DNA of 64,000 nt from Candidatus Cloacimonadales bacterium. Lineage in GTDB: Bacteria; Cloacimonadota; Cloacimonadia; Cloacimonadales; JAFGVF01. The notes beneath the pieces were generated by a model. That model saw only the letters and a list, made by a program, of their open reading frames with translations. It was not told the DNA's origin and ran no database searches. Of the stretch, positions 39,062 through 48,400 are shown piece by piece; the stretch's first letter is position 1, and every line of letters starts with the position of its first letter. Where the stretch lies: positions 1,088,001 through 1,152,000 of the forward strand of contig OY782781.1 in NCBI GenBank assembly GCA_963678315.1, given 5' to 3'. Made by a program: the position numbers and the translations under genes.

Positions 39062-42000
39062 ATGAAGAAAAATTATTTAATGGTTATTTTACTACTATTA
39101 TGTGTAGGCTTTATGTATGCAGACCAATTAGAATTAACAGGCTCTGCATATGGTGCGGATAGTAATCCCACTGAAGTAACAATTGATATTACTGGCCTTC
39201 CTGCTGGTGCCACAATTACTGATTTATTAGTTACTACAGTCTGGGGAAACTCAACATATATTGGTTCTTGGTATGATGTACATTTAGAAATAAACGAAAC
39301 TTCTTATCCTAGTGTTGGTTTATTAACCGACCAATCTTACTCTGATATAAATGGTACTGTTTTAACAGGCCATAGCGTTAGAGCTTATACTGAAGATCTT
39401 GATGATTATGCAGATTCAAGTACTTTATATTTAACTGTAAAAGTTGAATATACACCTGCAGCTGGAACACCTGAAGCTCCAATTTTAACATTACCTGCTG
39501 ATGGTGCTCTTAACCAAGAAATTACAGGTTCTCTTGAATGGACAATTGGTGCAGATACAGATACAGCAACTTTATATATTGCAGATAATGCTGATTTCAC
39601 AGATGCTGATATGTATGCTGCAGCTACATCTCCATATGCCTATAGTGGTCTTGACTTAAATACAATGTATTACTGGAAAGTTGTAGCTATAAACAATGGT
39701 TCTGGAATCGAATCTCAATCATCAGTTTATTCATTTGCAACAGAATATGGCACTGCAACAGTACCTTATACTGAAAACTTTGATTCTTATGATGATGGCG
39801 ATTTACCTGATGGATGGAGTATTTTTAATAATTCAGGTTCTGCTTATACTTATACTGAAGTTGAGACTGGATATAGCGTATCAGGTTCAAATTCTTTTAG
39901 AATGTATAATTCTTCTTATACATCTTCTGATATCATTGCTTCTACACCAAGAATGCAAACAAATGGTAACAGAGTAAAATTCAGTGCTAAGGGATCATCT
40001 GATGGTACTATTCTTTATGTTGGCACAATGACAGATCCTTTAGATAATACTACATTTACAAGATTAGATTCTATTAGTTTAACAACTACACATACAATTT
40101 ATACTGTAAATCTATCAGATGTAGATGCAGTTGATTATGTATCATTTAAACATGGTCATGGTTCAACTTACAGCTATATATATCTTGATGATGTTTTAGT
40201 TGAAGAAGCTCCTCAAGGAACTCAAATTACTATATCACCTGAAGAAGCAGATTGTGGACATTATTTGCAAGGTGCTACAATAGCTGATTCTGTAATGGTA
40301 ACAGTTTCAAACACTGGTGGAACAACTGCTACTATAACAGAAATTTCAGTAGCTGACTTAAATAATTTTGCAGTTTCTTATACCTTTGCTGTGCCTTATG
40401 AACTTGAGGCTGGATCTAGTTTTGACGTATACGTTAAAACTAAATCAGATTACGTTGGAACACATGAATCAAACTTAGTTATCAAAGAACAAGATCCTGC
40501 TAATCCAATTGTTCCGATAATTCATAATGCAACTATTTTAAGTCAAATTTTAGACTCAACAGGTAATGATCATAATGATCCGTTTGTGCTTACTATAGCT
40601 GATTCAATCTTTGCTGAAGGTAATTCATCTGCTTATGATGATAATTATGATTTTGATTCTTCAGCGTCTGTTGTTTATAAACTTACTTTAGCTCAAGATA
40701 AATTAATGATCATCTCTTTTGAAGGTTCTAGTTTTGATACTAAAATGTGGGTTTTCAATTCATTCGATCAAATTGATACTGCAACACAAAATTCTGATGC
40801 ATGGTACTACAATGATGATGAATCAGGTTCAGGTACTGGCGGAAGATTTGTTGAAGGTCCAAAAACCAGAGATAGAGCAACTTGGTCAAGAATGGACCAA
40901 ACTTTAGCTGGCGCAGGTGATTATTACATAGTTCTTGCTGGTTATGGTACTGCATCAGGTGATTATCAACTTCATGTAATGTTAGAAGATATTCCAGCTC
41001 CTATGCAAGCTACTAACCCTAGCCCAGAAGACGATGCTATTGACCAAGCTACTAGCCTTACTCTTGAATGGACTAATGCACAATGGACATCTATGAATGA
41101 TATCTATTTTGGTACTGTTGGTAATATGACACTACTTGACGAAAATATTGACGTAACTGAAGAGTACTTAGTTGAAAACTTAAGTCCAACTACTGAATAT
41201 GAATGGAAAGTTGTTTGTAAAAACCTTAATGGTCAAACTCCTGCTGATTCAGTAGCAACTTGGTCATTCACTACAGTTGGTCAAGCTCCTGAAGCTGCTC
41301 AATACTTATCTCCTGATAGTTTAGGAACTGATGTTTCTTTATCTGGATCTTTGACTTGGGAAGCAGCAACTGGTGCTGATGGATATTATGTATATCTTTC
41401 AACTGATGAATTCTTCTCAGGTGTAACTCCTGAAGATGTAAACACAAACTCTTATGCATACACTAATTTAGACTATGATACCAGATACTTCTGGAAAGTT
41501 GTTCCATACAATGTTGTTGGTTCTCCTACAGAAGGAATTGAAGTATGGCAATTCGAGACTATGGCATCTCCTTTCCCTGAAGCTGATATAGTTTTTGATG
41601 GTGAAAGATCAACCGGTCAAAGTATGCCTATAGAACCATATTTTGGTTATACAATGACTCAAAATATCTATGCTCAAGAAGAAATTAATGTATCTGATTC
41701 AGCTATTAACTCTATTAGCTATCTCTACAACAATAATTCTGCTTGGTCAGAAACAATAGAAATTTATGCAAAACACACAACAAAAGATACTTTTGCTGAT
41801 ACTTATGATTGGGACCTAAATGGCTTCACTCAAGTTTACAGTGGAACTATGACAGTTGATACAACTAACCCTATCGTTACAATCGACTTTGATACACCAT
41901 TTATCTATAATAATACAGATAATCTATTAATTATGTTCTTTGCTACTGAATCTGGATATAATTCAGGCTCAGATGAATTCTATAACTATTCTGTAGAAGG

Positions 42001-44998
42001 AAATAGATCTCTTAATATATATAGTGATGGTACAAACTATTCTACTACTTTCCCTACAACTGTTCCTGCTGGGACACTTAAATCATATATTCCAGTTACT
42101 GGTTTTAATATTCAAGAAGTTTCAGCAGAATCTGAATTTACAGCTTCAGCAGATACATTAACATTTGAAGATCAAGTAATGGGAACTGTAAGTGATTCTC
42201 AAACACTTACAATAAGTAATATTGGTCTTGGTGACTTAGTAATCTCTAGTGTTGAACTTGTTGGTTCTAATGCTGTTGAATACGATTTCACAGACTTAAA
42301 TACTTATCCTGATACATTATCAACATCAGAAGTATTAAACTTTGCTGTTGTATATAGTCCTGAAACTGAAGGTGATCACCTTGCTACTATCGAAATTACT
42401 GATTCAGAAGCAACTGTTTATACTGTTGAGATAGTTGGTAATTCAGTAGATACAAATATCTATGCTGAAGATTTACCTTTCTCAAATAGTGGAGAAGATG
42501 ATAATTCATTCTTAGGTTGGTACTCATCAGTTCAATCAACTAGTGAATATGCAGCAATATCTATAAATGGTACAGAAACTAATGCTCATACTGGAACTAA
42601 CTCAGTTAGGTTCTACAACTCTGGTGATACTGCAGCAGAAATGATGCTTACTTCTCCAGTAATTGTTCCTGACTTTACTGGTCATAGAGCTAAATTCTGG
42701 ATTAAAGGTGATACAGCTGGTCAATTAATATTTGCTCTTTATGATGCTGATATGCAAATATTAACAGCTATTGATACTGTTGATGTTCCTCTTACTTATA
42801 CTCAATTCATCTATGAATTTGATACTAGTATGGATAACAAACGCTTAGTATTCAAACCAATCTTTGGTGGAACATATGATAATGTATATCTTGATGATGT
42901 AGAATTCGAAGTTACTCCACAAGTACCAGTAGCTGATATTTCAGTAACTGAATTAGCTTTTGGTGAAATTGAAGTTGGTGAAACATCAGGTGCTCAAACA
43001 ATTACTGTTTCTAATGTTGGTATTGGTGAAATGATTGTTTCAAATATTGAAATTACTGGTACTGATGCTGCTCTATTCGCATTTGACAATGTAGTTCTAC
43101 CTGACACTCTTATGGATAATGAAATGTTAGATATTAATGTAACATTCTCTCCAGATGCAGTAGGACCAAAAACAGCAACTCTTGTTATTTCAGATAATCT
43201 TAACAGAGCTTCTTACAATGTTACTTTAACTGGTGACGGTTGGGTTCCTCCTACTGGTTCTACATGTGTAGATCCTTTAGCATTAACTCTTCCAGCTGTT
43301 GATGTAACTGGTACAACTGAAGGCTTTGTTGATGACTATAGTTCTGCTGGTTTAGATATGTATTCTTCATATCTTGATGGTGATGATATTGTATATCAAT
43401 TTACATTAGAACAAGGTGCTTTACTTAATGGTACTGCAACTACAAGTGATGTAGCATTGGGCCTTTTCATAGTACAAGATGAACCAAACACAACAACTCC
43501 AGTTGAAGTTTTTGTATATGAAAATGCAGGATATAATGGAACATCTGTTACATTAACAGATGAATACCTTGCTGCTGGTGATTACTATCTAATCATCTCT
43601 TCATACGGTTACTATGCACAATCAATAGATTTCACACTTAACTTAACAGCAGATGCAATACCTGCTCCTGAAGCTGCTACTAACCCAACACCTGCTGATG
43701 AAGCAATTGATCAACCAACTGCTCTTACATTAGAATGGACCAATGCAGAATATACTGAAACAGTAGACTTATACTTCGGAACATCTCGTGGAAGAAGCAT
43801 GTCATTAGTTCTTGATAATGTGGCTGCTGTTGAAGAATATGCAGTAACTGATTTAACTCCAAATACTGAATATTCATGGAAAGTTGTTAATCGTAACTAC
43901 ACTGGTGAAACTGTTGATACACTTGTAACAACATGGACATTTACTACTATTGGATCTGCTCCTGAAGCAGTTACCTATACTTCTCCAACAGACGAATCTA
44001 CAGATAAAGAACTTAATGGTACTTTATCCTGGCAAGCTGCTACTGGTGCAAATGGATACAATGTATATCTTGATACAGATTCAACATTTACATCTGTAAC
44101 TCCTATAGACCAAACAGCAACTTCATACGACTATAGTGGCCTAGACTATTCAACTACTTACTACTGGAAAGTTGTTCCTTATAACGTAGTAGGTACACCT
44201 ACTGAAGGTGTTGAAATTTGGTCATTTACTACTATGGAAGATCCAACTATAGCTATGCCTGTTACTATAGATTTCGAAGGTTCTACTACTAATCCAGTTG
44301 AAATTACTGAAGAGAACTTTGGTATAACTAATGGACATAACACTATAACTAATGCTATGTATAAAAACATTTATAGCTCAAGCACTAATGGTTATATCCA
44401 ATTCCAAGCAATGAATGGTATTACCTCTTCTTCTGTAATTGAATTTGATTATAGAGTTACATTGTGGTCAGCTGGTACTACTGGCGTTACTTTTGAAGAT
44501 GATCACGATTATATTGTTGTAAATGCTTCTACTGATGCTGGTGCAACATTTACTCCAATAGCTTCAATAAACAATACTAACCATACTAATACAGCAGACT
44601 TTACAAGATTATCTGTTGATATCAGTGCTTATGAAGGTCAATCTGTTGTCTTCAGACTTGAAATGTTTGATGACACTGTAAATGATATGTGGTTTGACTT
44701 TGATAACTTCTACTTCGGTGAACCGGTTATTACTCAACCAGATGCTCCTGTTGATTTTGCAATTGTTGAAATTGCAACTGGTCTTGAGTTAACATGGACT
44801 GCTGTTGAAGGTGCTACAACTTATAAAGTTTATGGTTGTGCTACTCCAGACGGTGAATATACAATGATGACTGAAGGTCAAGTTGTAGAAGCTTCTTATG
44901 TTTACACAGAAGATGCTCCAATGATGTTCTTCAAGGTTTATGCATCTCCAGATGCTATGCCTTTAGGTAAGACAATTAGAAGAGCTAGAAGAAACTAA
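39062..44998 (+). CDS. Giant secreted/surface protein (Fn3-like, choice-of-anchor-D/ASH-like and adhesin-like beta-sandwich repeats)
   Basis: Signal peptide; repeated YYWKVV..WSFTT, LAFG..TITVSNxG..ATLVI and Y(I/V)YLDDV modules; 1978 aa, acidic. Confidence 0.85.
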   Translation: MKKNYLMVILLLLCVGFMYADQLELTGSAYGADSNPTEVTIDITGLPAGATITDLLVTTVWGNSTYIGSWYDVHLEINETSYPSVGLLTDQSYSDINGTVLTGHSVRAYTEDLDDYADSSTLYLTVKVEYTPAAGTPEAPILTLPADGALNQEITGSLEWTIGADTDTATLYIADNADFTDADMYAAATSPYAYSGLDLNTMYYWKVVAINNGSGIESQSSVYSFATEYGTATVPYTENFDSYDDGDLPDGWSIFNNSGSAYTYTEVETGYSVSGSNSFRMYNSSYTSSDIIASTPRMQTNGNRVKFSAKGSSDGTILYVGTMTDPLDNTTFTRLDSISLTTTHTIYTVNLSDVDAVDYVSFKHGHGSTYSYIYLDDVLVEEAPQGTQITISPEEADCGHYLQGATIADSVMVTVSNTGGTTATITEISVADLNNFAVSYTFAVPYELEAGSSFDVYVKTKSDYVGTHESNLVIKEQDPANPIVPIIHNATILSQILDSTGNDHNDPFVLTIADSIFAEGNSSAYDDNYDFDSSASVVYKLTLAQDKLMIISFEGSSFDTKMWVFNSFDQIDTATQNSDAWYYNDDESGSGTGGRFVEGPKTRDRATWSRMDQTLAGAGDYYIVLAGYGTASGDYQLHVMLEDIPAPMQATNPSPEDDAIDQATSLTLEWTNAQWTSMNDIYFGTVGNMTLLDENIDVTEEYLVENLSPTTEYEWKVVCKNLNGQTPADSVATWSFTTVGQAPEAAQYLSPDSLGTDVSLSGSLTWEAATGADGYYVYLSTDEFFSGVTPEDVNTNSYAYTNLDYDTRYFWKVVPYNVVGSPTEGIEVWQFETMASPFPEADIVFDGERSTGQSMPIEPYFGYTMTQNIYAQEEINVSDSAINSISYLYNNNSAWSETIEIYAKHTTKDTFADTYDWDLNGFTQVYSGTMTVDTTNPIVTIDFDTPFIYNNTDNLLIMFFATESGYNSGSDEFYNYSVEGNRSLNIYSDGTNYSTTFPTTVPAGTLKSYIPVTGFNIQEVSAESEFTASADTLTFEDQVMGTVSDSQTLTISNIGLGDLVISSVELVGSNAVEYDFTDLNTYPDTLSTSEVLNFAVVYSPETEGDHLATIEITDSEATVYTVEIVGNSVDTNIYAEDLPFSNSGEDDNSFLGWYSSVQSTSEYAAISINGTETNAHTGTNSVRFYNSGDTAAEMMLTSPVIVPDFTGHRAKFWIKGDTAGQLIFALYDADMQILTAIDTVDVPLTYTQFIYEFDTSMDNKRLVFKPIFGGTYDNVYLDDVEFEVTPQVPVADISVTELAFGEIEVGETSGAQTITVSNVGIGEMIVSNIEITGTDAALFAFDNVVLPDTLMDNEMLDINVTFSPDAVGPKTATLVISDNLNRASYNVTLTGDGWVPPTGSTCVDPLALTLPAVDVTGTTEGFVDDYSSAGLDMYSSYLDGDDIVYQFTLEQGALLNGTATTSDVALGLFIVQDEPNTTTPVEVFVYENAGYNGTSVTLTDEYLAAGDYYLIISSYGYYAQSIDFTLNLTADAIPAPEAATNPTPADEAIDQPTALTLEWTNAEYTETVDLYFGTSRGRSMSLVLDNVAAVEEYAVTDLTPNTEYSWKVVNRNYTGETVDTLVTTWTFTTIGSAPEAVTYTSPTDESTDKELNGTLSWQAATGANGYNVYLDTDSTFTSVTPIDQTATSYDYSGLDYSTTYYWKVVPYNVVGTPTEGVEIWSFTTMEDPTIAMPVTIDFEGSTTNPVEITEENFGITNGHNTITNAMYKNIYSSSTNGYIQFQAMNGITSSSVIEFDYRVTLWSAGTTGVTFEDDHDYIVVNASTDAGATFTPIASINNTNHTNTADFTRLSVDISAYEGQSVVFRLEMFDDTVNDMWFDFDNFYFGEPVITQPDAPVDFAIVEIATGLELTWTAVEGATTYKVYGCATPDGEYTMMTEGQVVEASYVYTEDAPMMFFKVYASPDAMPLGKTIRRARRN

Positions 44999-45023
44999 AT
45001 AAATTAACCTAACAATATAAAAG

Positions 45024-45053
45024 AAAACGCAGGCCTTCGGGCTTGCGTTTTTT
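45024..45053 (+). terminator. Rho-independent terminator
   Basis: AACGCAGGCC-ttcg-GGCTTGCGTT-TTTT. Confidence 0.9.
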
Positions 45054-45231
45054 CTATTATAGCCACAGATAACACAGAAAAACACGGATAAGAAAAGAAC
45101 TATACAAAGATCTTAATTATCCACTAATTACACTAATATCACAAATTAGAAAAGAAAACCTCCCAACTCTCCTTCTCAACTCTCAACCCCTCAACATCAC
45201 AATTTTCAACAAGTGCAATAAAAAAAATAAT

Positions 45232-45439
45232 TTGACATGATTTAGCTATTGTAACTAATTTAACGCTGTTAAGGTAGGAAACTTAACTAGTATAACGTAT
45301 AACAAAGACTTTGAAGTATAGTAAAATGCCACACCACATACCATTACATCTTTGTTAAAAACAATAGTAAGTTTCCATTAGAATTGTTTTATTTACAAAA
45401 TAAAACCGCACATTTAATTATTATGGGAGAAATGTTTTT
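45232..45439 (+). promoter_or_regulatory. Putative promoter and leader with a 100-nt stem-loop
   Basis: TTGACA at 45232; GGAAACTTA/TAAGTTTCC and TAACAAAGA/TCTTTGTTA stems with apical CCACACCAC. Confidence 0.55.
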
Positions 45440-48400
45440 ATGAAAAAACACCTTTTTTTACTTATATTTGTTATTTTTTCAATAACTAGTATATTCTCAT
45501 TAACCTACACCTTAAGTTTAGCTGATAGCTACGGTGATGGTTGGAATGGTGGATCTATTGATGTCCTCGTTAATGATGTTGTCGTTATTGACGACGCGAC
45601 AATCTCTTCAGGTAACTCATATACAGAGACTTTTGAAGTTAATGGTCTGGATGTAATTACTACTGCATACACTGCTGGTAGTTGGGGTAGTGAAAACTCA
45701 TATCAAATTTTAAACGAAACAGGAACAGTTGTAGCCGAATCAGGACAATCTGGAATTCCTAGTGATGTTGAATACACTGTACCTGAAGTTATTGCTGGTA
45801 CACCTGATGTACCAACAGTTCTTGGTCCTTCTAACAACTCACAAAACCTAGCACTTGATACAACTATTGAGTGGACAACTGGTGAAAATACAGAGTTAGT
45901 AAAATTATACTTCTCTGAAAATGCTGATTTAACAGATGCGATTATTGTTAATCCAGCAACAACTCCTTATGTACCAACATTAGAAAACAATGTTACCTAT
46001 TACTGGAAACTTGTTGCTGTTGGTCCTACAAATATTGAAGTTGAAACACAAATTTATAACTTTACAACAGAATATGGAATGGTTGAGCTTCCTTATAGTG
46101 AAAACTTTGACGATATTTCATTTAATGAAACTCCAGCTGGCTGGTCTTTTATAAATACTTCTACATCTACATATGCTTGGATCAATGTTAAAGATATAGC
46201 TCCTTTTAATGGAAGTAATCATGTAAGAATGTATAATTCATATTACACAGATGTTGAGCTAGCTGCAGTAACTCCAAAAGTTGTTTTTGACGGTAATAGA
46301 GTTAGATTCCAAGCTCAAGCTGATGATACAGATGTTTCTGTTGTTGTCGGATATATGACTGATCCGTCAAACTTAGAAACATTTACAGAAATTACAACAT
46401 TCAATTTAACCGCTGAATATGCTTCATATAATGTAGCTTTACCTAGCAATGTAACTGATGGATATCTTGCTTTCAGACATGGTATGACTGCTAATTATCA
46501 AACTCTTGATATAGATGATGTTAATATTGAAGAAATTCCTTCTACTCCAATAGCACAAATAGCAACTGATGACTTAGATTTTGGATCTTCAGTTCTTAAT
46601 GAAACTTCAGAAGCTCAGGATGTAACTCTTACTAATATTGGTGGTGGAACACTTAATGTTTCTTCTGTAACAATTACAGGTACAAATGCAGACCAATTCT
46701 TAGTTTCAGACAATAGTGATTATGCACTAGAAGCTAATGAATCAATGGTTGCAAGTGTTAGCTATAATCCAACTCTAGCTGGTCAGCATACTGCTACTCT
46801 TGAAATTACAGATGATTTAGATACTTACCAAATAGCTTTAACAGGCCAAGGTGTTGATACAAATATCTATGAAATCAATATTCCTTATACACAAGATTTT
46901 GAAACTGAAGAGGGTTTCTTAGGTTGGACATCTAATATTAACTCTACAAGTGATTATGCTTCAGCAGAAAGATATAGTTCATCTTATTCTGCTAATAATG
47001 GAACTTATTCATTTAAATTCTATAATTCAAGTGATACAGATGCTGTATGTGACCTAGTTTCACCAGTAATAGTACCAGACATGGATGCTTATAGAGTGAA
47101 ATTCTTTGCTAAAGGTGATGGCTCAATTGTTGTAGGTAAATTAAATACTAGTGATGAATTTACCTTTGTTGATTCATTAGATTTAAACTCTACATACACT
47201 GAATATACCGTTAATATGGAAGTAAGCAGAGCTAATGAAAGATTAGTTTTCAGAACAACTTTTGATAGTTCATCAGATTATGTGTATCTTGATGATGTAT
47301 TATTCGAAGAAGCTCCAGAAGGTTCTTTAGTGACTATCAGCCCAGATTCACATGATTTTGAAAGTAAAATGATTAATAGTGAATCTGCTCCTATAACATT
47401 TACTATTTCTAATGATGGAGTTATTGCTTCAGAAATAACAGAAATTTCAATAAATGGTGAAGGATTTGTGCTTTCACATGAAATTGAAAGTTTTTCTTAT
47501 CTATTAGAACCAAACACATCTATTGATGTTCAAGTTGCGTTTGCTCCAGAAGCTATCATGAATTATAATGCTCAGCTTGTTGTAAAAGAAGCTACTTCAA
47601 ATCCGTTTGTTCCTAATGTATATACATCTGATTTAACTGGTCAAGGTCTTGATAATCAAGGTAACGACCATACAAATCCATTTGTTATGTCACTTGCTGA
47701 TACTATTGTTGTAACAGGCAATACAGAAGACTTTGAAAATACCTACAGCTGGGCTACATCTCCATCTGTTGTTTACTCAATTACTTTAGAAGAAACTCAA
47801 TTAATGAGTGTTTCTTTAGAAGGTACTTCTTGGGATACAAAACTTTGGATATTTAACTCTACAGAGCAAATAGAATCAGCTACAGTTGGTGCAGATGCTT
47901 GGTACTTCAATGATGATGAAGGTTCTGCTTCAACAGGTGGTAGAAAAGATAGAACAAGAGCTACTTGGTCTAAAATGAATGATACATTCACACCTGCTGG
48001 AACATATTATATTGTTGTTACAGGTTATAATTCAAATTCAGGTGAATATACTTGTACAGTTGTTACAAGTGAAGTCCCAGCACCTCAATATACTACTAAT
48101 CCAACACCTGCAGATTCATTAACAGGTGTTCCAACAGCTCAACTCCTTAGCTGGTCTAACCCTGAATATACAGAAACTATTGATTTATGGTTTGGTACTG
48201 AAGGTAACATGAACTTAGTTCTTGATAATGTTGATGCTGTTGAAGAATATCAACCTACAGAATTAACTTCTAATACAACTTACCAATGGAAAGTTATTGC
48301 ACGCAACTTTAATGGCCAAACACCTGCTGACTCAGTAGCAACCTGGTCATTTACTACAATCGGTCAAGCTCCAGACCCTGTAGCTTACACTTCACCTGCA

